A stretch of 64,000 bases of DNA from positions 23,376,721 to 23,440,720 of the forward strand of contig NC_090414.1 in the NCBI RefSeq assembly GCF_036365525.1, given 5' to 3'. Below, in pieces: positions 1 to 14,070 of this stretch. Position 1 is the first letter of the stretch; every line of letters starts with the position of its first letter. The notes beneath the pieces were generated by a model. It was not told where the DNA came from and ran no database searches. It saw nothing but the letters and a program-made list of their open reading frames with translations. A program made the translations under genes and the position numbers. This stretch comes from Heterodontus francisci (lineage: Eukaryota).

Positions 1-1729
1 TGGGATCCCCAACCAACTGAAGAATCTATTGAATATAAAAGTAATTTACCTTTATGAAAATTATTTAGATGAGTTCCCTATAAATCTTCCTAAATCTCTG
101 AAAGAGTTGCATCTTCAGGACAATAACATTAGGGCCATTACACATGATGCACTTTCAAGGATTCCCTTGTTGGAAAAGTTACATTTGGATGATAACTCAG
201 TGTCAACAGTCAGCATTGAGGAAGATGCTTTTGCTGACAGTAAGCATCTCAAATTGCTCTTTTTATCCAGGAATCATTTAAGCAGCATTCCCACTGGCCT
301 TCCTAAAACGCTGGAGGAACTGAGGCTGGATGACAACCGGATTGCAACCATTCCGCACTATGCTTTCAAAGGCTTGGTCAGTTTAAGGCGCTTGGTACTG
401 GATGGCAATCTTTTAGCTAATCAAAGAATAGCAGATGAGACTTTCAGCAGACTTCAAAACCTGACTGAACTTTCTTTGATCCGAAACTCTCTCATTTTTC
501 CACCACCTAATCTACCTGCTTCAAACTTACAAAAGCTGTATCTTCAGGATAACCTCATTAGCTACATTCCAGCCAATGCTTTTTCTAAAATGAGACAGAT
601 ACAGCGGCTGGACATATCCAACAACAATTTAACAACTTTGCCCAAAGGAGTCTTTGATGACCTGGCAAACTTGAGTCAGCTACTCTTGCGCAACAACCCT
701 TGGTATTGTGGCTGCAAAATGATGTGGCTCAGAGACTGGTTACAAACAACTGCATTTCACATCAATGTGCGAGGGCTTATGTGCCAAGGGCCTGATAAAG
801 TTCGAGGAATGGCAGTCAAAGACATCAATACAGAAATGGATGAGTGCTTTGAGATCAACTTGCATGGCAGCAACACAGCTGTGAAAACAACCCCAATTGT
901 TCATACAGCTACTGCCACTCAAGGAATGCAATTCACATATAAACCAAGACGACCAAACCTGAAGCCACCAGATTCAGCTGTGGACTATCCTTTGTCAGGA
1001 AGATCAGGAGCAAAGCCGATAATCATTAACGTGATGCCTTTAACTGCTGACAGCATTCGTATAACATGGAGGGCAACGCTACCAGTCACATCCTTCAGGC
1101 TCAGTTGGCTCAGACTAGATCATAATCCATCAGTAGGTTCCATCACCGAAACCTTGGTACAAGGAGACAAGACTGAATATCTTCTCACAGCCCTTGAACC
1201 CAAGTCAACCTACATCATATGCATGGTTACAATGGAGGCCAGCAACTTCTATGTAAGGGATGAAACACCAGTCTGTGCTAAAGCAGAGACTGCAGACATA
1301 TATAGTCCTACCACAACGTTAAACAGGGAGCAAGAGGAATCGGACCAAGTAGGCCTTCCATTAGCTGGTATTATTGGAGGCGCAACAGCCTTAGTTTTCA
1401 TTGTTGTTGTCCTTGCTGCATTATGCTGTTACATCAATAATAGGAATGTTTTTTCACATGATCAGGTGTACAACAGAGGTTGCAGGAAAAAGGATGATTA
1501 CGCAGAAGCAGGGACAAAGAAAGATAATTCCATTTTAGAAATCAGAGGGAGTGGCTTTCAGATGATTCCACTCAACAACCAACAGCGACCAAAGGAGGAA
1601 TATGTGATTCACACCATATTTCCATCCAATGGGACAAGTCTTTACAAGAACACTCATAATACAGCCCTCAGTAGTAACCGAGGTTACAGAGACGGTGGGA
1701 TACCAGATGCTGAATATTCTTACACGTGA
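1..1729 (+). CDS. FLRT1: Fibronectin leucine-rich transmembrane protein 1; single coding exon, 5' end lies upstream of the window
   Basis: Frame is open from base 2 ([20 protein letters not shown]...). It encodes LRRs (LQDNNI, LDDNSV, LSRNHL), LRRCT (NPWYCGC...CQGP), FN3 (SIRITW...[12 protein letters not shown]), a TM helix ([20 protein letters not shown]) and the FLRT tail KKDNSILEI...[19 protein letters not shown]1-type residues ([13 protein letters not shown]-like, ANQRIAD) and the antisense position inside MACROD1 intron 3 fit known synteny. Confidence 0.95.
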   Translation, partial: GIPNQLKNLLNIKVIYLYENYLDEFPINLPKSLKELHLQDNNIRAITHDALSRIPLLEKLHLDDNSVSTVSIEEDAFADSKHLKLLFLSRNHLSSIPTGLPKTLEELRLDDNRIATIPHYAFKGLVSLRRLVLDGNLLANQRIADETFSRLQNLTELSLIRNSLIFPPPNLPASNLQKLYLQDNLISYIPANAFSKMRQIQRLDISNNNLTTLPKGVFDDLANLSQLLLRNNPWYCGCKMMWLRDWLQTTAFHINVRGLMCQGPDKVRGMAVKDINTEMDECFEINLHGSNTAVKTTPIVHTATATQGMQFTYKPRRPNLKPPDSAVDYPLSGRSGAKPIIINVMPLTADSIRITWRATLPVTSFRLSWLRLDHNPSVGSITETLVQGDKTEYLLTALEPKSTYIICMVTMEASNFYVRDETPVCAKAETADIYSPTTTLNREQEESDQVGLPLAGIIGGATALVFIVVVLAALCCYINNRNVFSHDQVYNRGCRKKDDYAEAGTKKDNSILEIRGSGFQMIPLNNQQRPKEEYVIHTIFPSNGTSLYKNTHNTALSSNRGYRDGGIPDAEYSYT

Positions 1730-4700
1730 TTGCAGCAATGCCTCATAGTGTGATCATCGCCACTGCACTGCAAACAAAAGATATTAAAAAAATCAAAAAT
1801 GTTAGGGATAAAACACACAAAGTCCAGCAGAAAATGCCTGGCACATATTTTGTACATTTGTCACATAATTTATATTTAATATGCTTAAATGATTAAAAAA
1901 AAAGCTGGACACTTAGAAAGAAAACACAGCTACCTAATTGTGTACAAGCCAGTTTTTCTTTTTGCATTTTGGTTCGAAGTGGGATAAAGAATGAACAGCC
2001 TACTTTGGAAATACAGTCCTAAGGCAATCTAAAGACTCCAAAATCCTTTATCACACAGGTAAATATCTTGAAGAAGAGTTCATAAGCAATTATTTCCCCC
2101 TCCCCCACCCCACCTGGAGATTTACAGTATACGGTCAAGCAAAAAGCTCAATACACATACATATAGTCCTGTTTCCTTGTGCAAGATTTAAGGCTTTACC
2201 TCCACTTCAATCAGAACCATTTGTTGATGTTTTGTTTATTTTTTTATTCTGCTATGACTTTTTTTAAAAAGAGAAAAATAGTTTTAAATATTTAGTTCTT
2301 TGCTGTCTTGTTTTAGGACTTTATCTTAATTGGAAGGAGAGATAGACTTTCATAGTTATTTTTCAAGACAATTTTACTTTTTAAGTTTTGAGTTCGACTT
2401 TTGCCTCTAGTTAAAAATGTGTGTGTCTAAACCACGAATTTCATGTCAGGCCAAAATGGATGTTCTGTCGTTATCAGGCCAATAACACCGTTAATTTTAT
2501 CCTCAATTTAACCCTTTGAGGACAACCATGGGAAGAATTTCAACTAAAACATTTTCTTAACATAAAAAACAATTTTCACATTTTTTTTGAATAACACTGT
2601 GAACCTCATTGCTGTCCTGGGGTTGCATATTGTCCCATAAAACAAACTGTTAAAAAAAAAATTCATGTTGTTGCATTTGATTTGGACAAGATTTAGCTAA
2701 AACTGCATTGGTTATGAGTGGAAATGCCCTGCTTTCTATTTTACAAAAAAAATCACAGAATACTTGTTCGAAAGAAAACAACGGAGTTACAAAAGTGACT
2801 AGGAAAATCAATACTCAAAGGGTTAACCAAGAACAAAATACTCTCCCCCTTAAGAAGTTACATTGAACATTGTGAAACGAACAATCTCAAAATGGAATGG
2901 GTGCTAAAGGTTACACTTTTGATGGAAAGTCTCTCTTGAGATACTGAGGGTGTGCAAGCGTCTGAGTTCTACTAACCTAAGATCTGGAGTCCTGTGCTCT
3001 TCATTTTAAGGTCAGTCTTTTGACATCTTTACATAGGATGACAGGGTGCAAAGGTGATACTGGAGACTATCCAGAAATGGAGTTCTGCCATACAGAGATT
3101 TCCTTCTGTCTTCATTCAAAGATCCCCATCCTCCCTTCCAAAAGGCTTTCACTTGATTGCTACATATTGTTGATGGGGCTTTCCTGAATATTTGAGCCAC
3201 GAGCCTCAAACCCTTCTACACTTTTGCCTACCAGGCATATCAGTAACCTGGGTTGGAGAATAACTGAGAAATCATTTGGAGCTCTGATAATGATTTTCCT
3301 GTAAATATTTTTTTTAAATTGTGTTTATCGAGTTACAACCGGCCTTTTACATAAATCAATCTTAAGATGTGAAATGTTCTAACATTTGTATGACCCCTAA
3401 ATATTGGAAATGAGAAATAATATTTTCACACTAATGATTGTGCTATTGCAGTTGTTATCTAACCTGTTACTACCATTGCCCAGACTTAATTTGTTTTTAA
3501 ATAACCATGAAGTATTGATTTTTTTTAAATCAGAGCATTTTAATGAGAATAATGATGACTTCCCTGCTGACCCCACCCCCCCCCCCTACCCTCAGTACTT
3601 TTAAATTACTTTCAAAATTGAAATTAACAAGGCTGACTGTAATGTAGCAGAATGCTGCTGAGAGTGTCAAGATATGCATTTACATTCTCCATAGGCTGGA
3701 TGTTCTGCAGTTTGACTGTTCAGTTCATGATATACATGATAGGTTTAGACAGTTGTGTCTAAACCGTTGCGTCTGTCACACCAGTTGGTCTAGACAGAAG
3801 TAGAACCATCTGAGTTAGAGGCATATTACAGCAATTTTAGCATATATACATTTTTTATATAAGTGTCTTCAGAAGAGATGAAAGGATAATAAACTCTTAA
3901 ATTAAAACAGTTTTTTGAAAGTGCATCACTGAAAGAGACAATTAAGGGGAATGTTATGCAAAACATTTGTCTCAGCCACCCAGAATGTAATTAAAACATT
4001 GTGCACAGTACCCAATATTACAAAGAGTAGTACATGAAATAAAATATTGATTCTGATTCTCAGCACCATTATTTGAGGGAGATGTGAATTTACGGCTTTA
4101 AACTGGTAACATACCTCATTGTGGTGTGGTGCTTTTTCAAAAACAGAAAAAAGAGAAAATGAACCATTAATAATCTTTACAGCATCACTCTACCAAACAG
4201 GAAACCCTCCAGATGCTTCCACTGGTCTGATTTACAAACAGTACCTAGCAGTCAAGCGCGAATGATAACCTGTACCAATACTACTTGCATATCTTAGCGC
4301 CCAGTTTCAAAGTCCTTGTTCATGCAGTAACATTGGCCATGAAGGCCATATCTTAAAATATCATGCTACTGGCTGACAAAGATAGAACAAAGGCACTTTT
4401 AGTGCAGTGACTGTAAGCATCCACTACTATAATGTCGAACTCATCCTTGAGCTCATGCTTTAGCTTAATCATTTTGAAAATCTCATATGCCATGAACAGC
4501 ATTTGGTGTAATATTAGTTAAATAAACAGAAAATAAATGTTACCCCCTCAATGTCCCAGTGAGTTAAATGAGCCGTACAAGTTAAGACAATCCCAAGCTG
4601 GCCTTATTACAGAGAGGCAAAGTATGTGATGTACCTCACAGTCAATTTATCGGTTGACGTTTCCTCTCCAGGTTGGCCATGGACACTTGGAGAAGGTAAC

Positions 4701-7700
4701 TAAGGGTACCTGGCACAGCTGCAACAGCATCTAGCTCAGCAGAAGGGACTCCCATCAGAAAATGAGAGGATTTCTTAAATTTCTGCTTGAACAAGGAATT
4801 CTAACTTGAAAACTACAGATCTCTTACGGGCTGGAACTAGACATGCTTTTGATTTGATTGACTTGACATTTATTCCTCTCCTCCTAAGTTCCCCCAATGC
4901 AACACATCATTTTGCACTCAAAAAGGTCAGTAGATAATTTATTTCTCATCACATCCTGCAGCCAGGAGGTATGCTGCACAGTAGGATGATTCACCTCCCC
5001 AATCTTCCTTCCCTCTCACAGAGTGAAGACTACCATCTATTTAGCAACCACCCCGGCAGCACAACCAAAGTCAGGAACTGAACCTATGTTCAAACACTAT
5101 CCAGCACAGCACATTTCAGTTTTTAACCTGTCAATTCAACACGTACTGTAACCATATGCAACCAAATGACTACTCTACCCAAAATACATTATCTTCAATT
5201 TTCTTATACTGGTACTAAAGCATAACAAAAAAAGTCATATTTACAGCCAATTAAATGTACTTATCAGCTCATAACGTTAAATTGCTCCCACCACCACTAC
5301 CACCACCACCACTGAAAGATCCATGATCACCACTGCATCAATCTCAAGTTATACACATTAAAACCCTCTCTTCAAAGACAACTCAAGTTTGGCAGGGAAA
5401 AATCTGTAAAGTGTACAGTGGGATGTACTTCACATGAAGTATAAACATGTACTCACTCACCATATGTTTTACTGAAATTGTGATGACAATGCTGGTGTTC
5501 ACAAAAGTGTTTCCTTTTCTTCCATTTCCCCTTCCAATGACTGTTGAGTTTAAAAGAAATGCACAATCCAACCTTTATTGTTCTCCTTTCATCTGACTGT
5601 TCCGCCCCTTAAAACCCTTCCCAATCCCAAACACAGCACGTATTTATTCATTTATAAATCGATTTAAGCTCTGGTCGGTCTGTAACCAGGCAGATATAAT
5701 GTTTTTTCTTTAATGTGTTCCTTAAGCATACTGCAGCATTTACTCTTTGACCAGCTGTGGTGGACATTTTGAAATAGTGCAGAATTACTGACCTGTAAAC
5801 AGAAATGTAGATGTTTTTCTATGATGTCCTGAATCCAGTCTCCTCAATTGTCAAAATACTGCTGTGGTCGGCAATAAACTATCACGAAAGAATTGCAGAG
5901 CAAACACATTGCCCACTAGATCAGTCATACCACCATCATTGTAGTTCACCTACTAACAATAATGTTGCTTTCTCTCAATTACTTGGAAATGAATAACACC
6001 TACTTCACGTGAACTCAAGACCATCAACCCTGAGGTGACACAAAATAAAGAAATAATCCACCCAAAAATAACAGTCCTTACATTTTGTGAAGAATTACTG
6101 TTCTGTCTTTGTAAATCTCTTGAAAAATGTCCATGGTGAGCAGACTCGTTTGTTTTTATATGGCTGGGGCCACAATGGCAATAGCACATGTATGTAAAGT
6201 CTACTGCAAAAACAGTAGTGTGCAGCTCAGCTGAGCAGGTGTTGCCCAGCATACGTCTATCCTGTCACAACATACGGTGTCAACATTACACAAGGTAACG
6301 CCTTTTTTCCTTACCAAGGAATTTTTTTTAGGAGCCGCTTACTTTGAAATAGAAACACGAAGAGTAATTAATACCATTGAGCCTCTCAGTGCACGCACCA
6401 AAAAGCACCAGAGGAATCAAGGGCTGCCACCTACCAACTTCAACACAGAAAGTCCACTTTCGGAGCAGATTATCTGGACATTCCTGAGAGGTAAATCAGA
6501 CACCAAAAATTTTATTTTTAAGATAAAAGTTAATATTTTCCATATATTACTGTGACTACTGATTATCCTTCACTTTTTAATCATTTTACTGAAAGCGAAA
6601 TAAAAATTGGGGCTTACACTTGGGAATAAGGTAGAAGCTGAAATATCAAACAAACTTTTTTAAAAATGATGATTCTAAAAATCTGTGGAATTTACAATAA
6701 TGGAGACATTTGACATTCCACAAATATAAAATTAGTTTTTCAGGGCCAGAGAGATTGTTCAGCAGTAATTATGAACATAGTACACCATTAAAAACCCAGT
6801 TAACCCTCATTCAACAAGATATAACTTTTTCAAAGGTTTTAACAGCGAGCCTGATAATATAAAAGTGGAAGATCACATCAATTCAAGTGGTTTCAGAAGA
6901 TTTCCATCTGTGACAATTTTCAACGGCACACCCTATGGAGGAGCAAGGCATCACTGACAGCAACTTCTGGATTTCCATGTTTAACTGCGCATGTGCTAAT
7001 GCCAAAATTTGCTGTCAGTTTCACAGTTGTGACGACGGTGAACGTTTTGTCATCATTACAACTGCAAAATCCAGGCTATATCATTGCATATCGCTATTTG
7101 CCACACTCGGCCTATTCTGGACAAATATACATTTTGGCAGAAAACAGATTTTTTTTCTAAAATTAGTTAAAAGGTGCTGTGTGCTAAATATCACAGATGG
7201 CCAAAAAGTCAGTATGAATACTGTCTGTCCCCATCATTCTAAAATATTCTATTGAAATCTCAGAGTGGAGTTTGAGGGACAAGTAACGAAAACATAGAAA
7301 ATAAACTTCAGAGAACATGGGTCAAATACTGGAATTACAGAAATACAAAGTTCCTGTATACCGTACTCACTTCCTACGAAGACTAGCTTTCAAAAGGTGA
7401 ATTATCAGCAGCTCCAGCATCTGTTGCATAATGTGAATAATTACATTCTGCACAACACAATAAATCAAGGGGAGCAGGTTAATTAGTTAAGCTCAATAGC
7501 CATGATAAAAAAAAAGATAGTCATTTCTTTTTAATTTTCTAGCTGTTGTATTGTTTAGGGTTGGCTTGCTGTGTTTTTAATCATGAGAATTACTCCGCAG
7601 AAATGAGGATTTTCAGAAGATAAAACCAAAGTGCATTGTGAAGCCCTTTGGCCTCTTTTTGTAGGTGCCTTGAAATTTTAATGTTAAGTGCGTGTTCAGA

Positions 7701-7859
7701 CTTAAACTGCTGACTTTTGTTTCTTGTACATATAAATGTGAAAATTTCTTTGTTCTCTTCAAAATAAAATTTAAAAAGTAAAGACTCAGTGCTTACTACC
7801 ATCTACTACCATCAAGTTACTAAAGTAACTTAACTTTGTGAATTACATTTTTACATACA

Positions 7860-9480
7860 TAATAGTATATACAGCACAAAGACAGGCCATTCGACCCAAT
7901 CAGTCCATGCTGGCACTTATGCTCCACTCCTCCCATCTTTCTTCATCTAAATCTATCATCGTAACCCTCTAATCCCTTTTCCCTAATATCCTTGTCTAGC
8001 TTCCCCTTAAATGCATCTATACTATTTGCTTCAACCATTTCCCGTGGTAACGAGTTTCACATTCTCATCACTCTTTGGTAAAAAGAAGTTTCTTCTTAAT
8101 TCCCTATTGGACCTCTTGGTGATCATCTTAAATTGGTGGCCTCTAGTTATGCTCTTCCCTGCAAGAGGAAACATTCTTTCTGTACCCACTCTATCAAAAC
8201 CTTTCATAATTTTAAAGACATTTATGAGGTCACCCCTCAACCTGTTTTCAAGAGAAAAGAGACCGTTCCTTTCCTTTCCAGATATGTATACCCACCCATT
8301 TCTGGTATAATCCTAGTAAACTTTCTCTGCACCCTCTCTGGTGCCTCTATATACTTCGTATAATATGGCAACTAGAACTGGACACAGTACTCTAAGTGTG
8401 GTCTAACCAAGGTTCAATACAGGTTTAGCTTAACTTTCCTACTTTTCAATTCTATCCCTCTAGAAATAAAGCCTAGTGCTTGGTTTGCTGTTTTTATGGC
8501 CTTGCTAACCTGTGGCACAACTTTTAGTGAGTGATATATTTGTACTGCAAGATCCCCTTGTTCCTCTACTCCATCAAGACTTGCACTTTCCAAGTAACAA
8601 GTGACCTCTTTACTCTTCTGACCAAAATGTACAACCTCACATTTCTGTGTGTTGAACTTCATTTGCCAGTTCTGCAAGTTTACTAATATCCTCCTGTAAT
8701 TTGTTGCAGTCCGCCTCAGTATTGACTATCCTCCCCAATTTGGTGTCATCTGCAAATTTAGGAATTGTGTTTTGATTCCAAAGTCCAAATCGTTAATGTA
8801 AATTGTGAACAGCAGTGGTCCCAGCACTGATCCTTGTGGAATACCCCTTTCTCCCTTCTGCCATTCTGAATAACTACCCTTTACACCCACTCTGCTTTTT
8901 GTCATAAAGCCAGCTAGCAATCCATTCTGTCAATTGTCTCCTGACGCTGCATTCTCTGACCTTATTCATTATGGGGCACCTTATCGAAGGCCTTTTGAAA
9001 ATTCAGATACGTTACATCTACAGCATTGCCACTGTCTACTCTCTCTGTTACCTCCTCAAAAAAACCCAATCAGGTTGGTCAAGCAAGATTTTCCCTTTTG
9101 AAATCCAGGCTGACCTTTTATCATTATATTTTTCTTTTCTACATATTCTTCTATTCTCTCCTTTAGTAGGGATTCCATATTTTTTCCAACCACTGATGTT
9201 AAGCTAACTGGTCTATGATTCCCTGGGCATGTTCTGTCCACATTCTTAAATATAGGAATTATATTAGCCATCCACCAGTCTTCTGGCACTACACCTTTTT
9301 CTAATGAATTATTAAACCTGTGTAGTAATGCCTCTGCTATCTCTTCCCCAGATTCTTTGAAAATACATGGATGCAATCCATCCAGACCAGGGGCTTTATC
9401 TACTTTGAATTTGCTTAGTTTATTCAATACACTCCCTTTTTTTATTTTAAATGCACTTATTTCATTTTTTTCCAAAGTCA
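7860..9480 (-). mobile_element. CR1 LINE RT and 3' fragment
   Basis: KAPGLDGLHP, RPVSLTSVVGK, GFQKGKSCLTNL, GIPQGSVLGPLLFTIYINDL, RGDLINVFKIM, plus a CR1 3' UTR with the AATGGCCTG motif. Confidence 0.9.
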
Positions 9481-9581
9481 TAAAATCATAGAATAGTTAC
9501 AGCACAGAAGGAGGCCATTCATCCCATCGTGCCCCTGTAAGAGCTCAGCTAGTCCCACTCTCCCACCTTTTTGCCATAGCC

Positions 9582-11104
9582 ATAGAAACATAGAAAATAG
9601 GAGCAGGAGTTGGCCACAGTGGTGCAGTGGTTAGCACTGCAGCCTCACAGCTCCAGCGACCTGGGTTCAGTTCTGGGTACTGCCTGTGCGGAGTTTGCAA
9701 GTTCTCCCTGTGATCACGTGGGTTTTTGCCGGATGCTCCGGTTTCCTCCCACAACCAAAGACTTGCAGGTTGGTAGGTAAATTGGCCATTATAAATTGCC
9801 CAGAGTATAGGTAGGTGGTAGGGGAATATAGGGATAGGTGGGGATGTGGTAGGAGTATGGCATTGGTGTAGGATTAGTATAAATGGGTGGTTGATGGTTG
9901 GCACAGACTCGGTGGGCCGAAGGGCCTGTTTCAGTGCTGTATCTCTAAATAAATAATAAATAAATAAATTTGGCCCTACGGGCCTGCTCCACCATTCAAA
10001 AAGATCATGGCTGATCGTCTAATTCAGTACCCGGTTCCCACTTTCTCCCCCCATCCCTTGGTCCCTTTGGCATTAAGAAATATATCTATCTCTTTCTTGA
10101 ACATATTTAATGACTTGGCCTCCACTGCCTTCTGCGGTAGAAATTCCACAGGTTCACCACCCTCTGAGTGAAGAAATTTCTCCTCATCTCGGTTCTAAAT
10201 GGCATACCCCGTATCCTGAGACTGTGACCCCTGGTTCTGGACTCCCCAGCCATCGGGAACATCCTCCCTGCATCTAGCCTGTCTAGTCCTGTTAGAATTT
10301 TATAGGTTTCTATGAGATCCCCTCTCATTCTTCTGAACTCTAGTGAATATAGGTCTAGTCGACCCAATCTCTCCTCATATGCCAATCTTGCCATCCTGGG
10401 AATCAGCTTAGTAAATCTTCTTTGCACTCCCTCCATGGCAAGAACATCCTTCCTCAGATGAGAACAAAACTGCACACAATACTCCAGATGTGGTCTCACC
10501 AAGCCCCTGCATAACTGCAGTAAGACATCCTCGCTCCTGTACTCAAATCCTCTTGCAATGAAGGCCAACATACCATTCGCCTTCCTAACTGCTTGCTGCA
10601 CCTGAATGCTTGCTTTCAGCGACTGGTGTACAAGGACACCCAGGTCTCGTTGGACCTCCCCCTTTCCCAATCTATCACCATTCAGAGAACAATCTGCCTT
10701 TCTGTTTTTACAACCAAAGTGGATAACCTCACATTTATCCATGTTATACTGCATCTGCCATGCATTTGCCCACTCACCCAACTTGTACAAGTCACATTTG
10801 CATCTCTTTGCATCCTCCTCACAGCCCTCCCCAGCTTTGTGTCGTCTGCAAATTTGGAACTGTTACATTTAGTTCCCTCACCCAAGTCATTATTATATAT
10901 TGTGAATAGCTGGGGCCCAAGCACTGATCCCTGCAGTACCCCACTAGTCACTGCCTGCCATCTGGAAAAAGACCCGTTTATTTCTCTCTGTTTCCTGTCT
11001 GTCAACCAATTCTCAATTCATGCCAGTATATTACCCCCAATCCCATGTGCTTTAATTTTACACACTAACCTTTTATGTGGGACCACATCAAAAGCCTTCT
11101 GAAA
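9582..11104 (-). mobile_element. CR1 LINE fragment nested in another CR1 (outer parts 9481-9581 and 11105-11775); itself carries a V-SINE
   Basis: SGVLQGSVLGPQLF, KFADDTK, LVRPHLEYCVQF, RGDLIETYKI; 6-bp direct repeat ATAGCC at 9576-9581 and 11105-11110. Confidence 0.85.
9612..9968 (+). mobile_element. HE1/V-SINE
   Basis: tRNA-like head (CAGTGGTTAGCAC...GGGTTC), V domain GGAGTTTGCAAGTTCTCCC...CCGGTTTCCTCCCAC, CR1-derived tail GGGCCGAAGGGCCTGTTTC, (TAAA)n. Confidence 0.9.
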
Positions 11105-11775
11105 ATAGCCCTGGAAATTTTTTCTCTTCAGAGAATTGTCCAATTCCCTTTTGAATGCCACGATTAAATCTGCCACCACCACACTCTCTGGTGGTGCATT
11201 CCAGGTCTAACCACTTGCCGAGCAAAAATGTTTTTCCTCATGTCACGTCTGGTTCTTTTGTCAATCATCTCAAATCAGTGTCCTCTGGTTCGCAACCCTT
11301 CCGCCAATGGGAACAGTTTCTCCCTATCTACTCTGTCCAGACCCCTCATGATTTTGAAAACCTCTATCAAATCTCCTCTCAACTTTCTCTTCTCTAAGGA
11401 GAACAGCCCCTGCGCTTCCAATCTATCTGCGTAACCGAAGTCTCTCATTCCTGAAACCATTCTCGTAAATCTTTGCTGCACCCCCTCTAATGCCTTTACA
11501 TCGTTCCTATAGTGTGGTGCCCAGAACTGGACACAATACTCCAGTTGAGGCCAAACCAGTGTTTTATAAAGGTTCCCCATAACTTCCTTGCTTTTGTACT
11601 CTATGCCTCTATTTATAAAGCCCAGGATCCAGTATGCCTTCTTAACCGCTCTCTCAACCTGCCTTGCCACTTTCAACAACTTGTGCACATATACCCCCAG
11701 ATCCCTCTGCTCCTGCACCCCCTTTAGAATTGTATCCTTTGTTTTATATTGCCTTTCTTCATTCTTCCAACCAAG
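11105..11775 (-). mobile_element. Outer CR1 LINE 3' fragment
   Basis: QRDLGVYVH...LEYCVQFWAPHY...RGDLIEVFKIMRG. Confidence 0.88.
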
Positions 11776-12319
11776 GATGTCTCCTCACATCACAATAACC
11801 TCCCTTTGACCAGAAAATTTTGGATCTGCTCCCAGGCTCTACTTACAACACTCTATGGCCAGGTTTACAAAGTGTCTGAGAGTAAAGTGAGATGACTCGT
11901 CCACTGAGATAAAGAGACTTGGGACATTTTACTACATTAAAGGCTCGAGATAAATGTTTTTGTTGTTGAATCTTCTATTTTGCCTGTAAGAAATGCCTGG
12001 CCTCCTCTCAGCAACTCCCTACAACTGCATTTTCAACTTTCAAATCTGCCGTAATCACTCTCTTTTCAAAAAACCCACCCTCAACTCTTCTGTCCTTGCA
12101 ATCTATCTTCCTTTCCTCTCCAAAGTCCTTGAACATGCTGTCACCTCTCAAATCTATGTCCATCTCTCCCACAACACTGTGTTTAAAACTTTCCAATCAT
12201 GTTTCCACCCCCTCCACAGTACTGAATCGGCCCTCACCAAAGTTACAAATTACATCCTCTGTGACTGTAATATTGGTGCACTGTCCCTTCTTATTCTTTT
12301 CAATCTGTCTGCAGCTTTT

Positions 12320-12636
12320 TAGTTTAGTTTAGAGATACAGCACTGAAACAGGCCCTTCGGCCCACCGAGTCTGTGCCGACCATCAACCACCCATTTATAC
12401 TAATCCTACAGTAATTCCATATTCCTACAACATCCCCACCTGTCCCTATATTTCCCTACCACCTACCTATACTAGGGGCAATTTATAATGGCCAATTTAC
12501 CTATCAACCTGCAAGTCTTTGGCATGTGGGAGGAAACCGAAGCACCCGGAGGAAACCCACGCAGACACAGGGAGAACTTGCAAACTCCACACAGGCAGTA
12601 CCCAGAATTGAACCCGGGTCGCTGGAGCTGTGAGGC
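12320..12636 (-). mobile_element. HE1/V-SINE, slightly 5'-truncated
   Basis: Same family motifs, (TAAAC)n tail; GCTTTT on both sides. Confidence 0.88.
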
Positions 12637-13027
12637 TTTTGACACGGTTGACCACACCATCTTTCTCCTGTTGTTCAGATGACCTCACCTGGTTCCTTAT
12701 CTCTCGAGTCATAGCCACAGAGTCTCCTGCAATGGCTTCTCTTCCCAGTCCCACACCAATACTTCTGGGTCCCCCAAGGATCAACCTTGGTTCCCTCCTT
12801 TTGCTCATCTACATGCTTGGCAACAACCAAAAACACGCCATTTCCACATGTGCGCCAATGACACTCAGCTCTGCCTCACGATCAACTCTCTTAACCCTTC
12901 TGTTGTCTCATGATTTGTCACACTGCATGTCTGACATCCAGTATTGAATGAGCAGAAATTTCATTCAAATAAATACCGGGAAGACCAAAGACACTATCTT
13001 TGGCCCCTGGGCACAAACTTTATTGCC

Positions 13028-13348
13028 CTGAAACAGGCCCTTCGGCCTACCGAGTCTGTGCCGACCATCAACCACCCATTTATCCTACACTAATTCCATA
13101 TTCCTACCACATCCCCACCTGTCCCTATATTTCCCTACCACCTACCTATACTAGGGGCAATTTATACTGGCCAATTTACCTATCAACCTGCAAGTCTTTG
13201 GCATGTGGGAGGAAACCGGAGCACCCGGAAGAAACCCACGCTGACACAGGGAGAACCTGCAAACTCCACACAGGCAGTACCCAGAACTGAACCCTGGTCA
13301 CTGGAACTGTGAGGCTGCGGTGCTAACCACTGCGCTACTGTGCCGCCC
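13028..13348 (-). mobile_element. HE1/V-SINE
   Basis: Head GGGCGGCACAGT...; V domain; tail truncated. Confidence 0.88.
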
Positions 13349-14021
13349 GTCTAGATCTTCTAGATCTGTGGTCCTCCAATTCTGCCCTCTAGTGCATCCC
13401 CGGTTTCCTTCATCCCTCAATTGGCAATCATGCCTTCAACTGTCTCGGCTCCAAACTCTGGAATTTCTTTCTAAATCTCTCCGCCTCTGTCCTCCTTAAA
13501 ATATCTCTTTGACCTTGTCGTCCTAATACCTCCTTCCATGGCTTAATGTCAAATTTGGTCCGATAACATTCCTGTGAATTGCCTTGGGATATTTTACTAG
13601 ATGAAAGGCACTATATAAATGTAAGTTGTTGCTATTACATTTCTGAAGCTAATTAAGTTCTCGCAATAGGAATAGAATAGAAATCTACTTCCCGTCACAT
13701 TGTGGTGCTGTAGACTGGTGTTCTAACATAGTCCACTGCGCCTTTGGTCAGTTGTAAGCTTGATATAATCTACTCTTTATGTCTCCTCTTACCCCTATTT
13801 ATGACTCCATCACTGGCCTCACCATTGGATGTCAAACACTAGTTTAAACTAGACAGAACAATCAGATGACCTGCACGTCTCGGCCTCCATCAATGCCAGA
13901 ACCAATCACAAGGAGATGTGGTACATTAGTCTTGAAAGGGGAATTCAATCTCCTCCTGCATTACAGTTCCGGAGATACTGGTAGAATACCAATACCTCAT
14001 CCAACCCTCCTTACTGCTTGT

Positions 14022-14070
14022 ACACACACATGAACACACACATACTTACACACACAAACACTCTTACACT
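14022..14070. repeat. Imperfect (CA)n microsatellite
   Basis: ACACACACATGAACACACACATACTTACACACACAAACAC. Confidence 0.7.

Larger units (their letters stand above)
11990..13630 (+). mobile_element. Decayed L2-clade LINE interrupted by two V-SINEs
   Basis: LPFLSKVLE, FQSCFHPLHSTESAL, LSAAF|DTVDH (split by the SINE at ~12320-12636), and an L2-type tail GGCACTATATAAATGTAAGTTGTTG. Confidence 0.8.

Noticed and set aside
1730-4550. FLRT1 3' UTR end and regulatory motifs
   Set aside because: Several AATAAA/ATTAAA and AU-rich motifs are present, but the true poly(A) site cannot be chosen from sequence alone.
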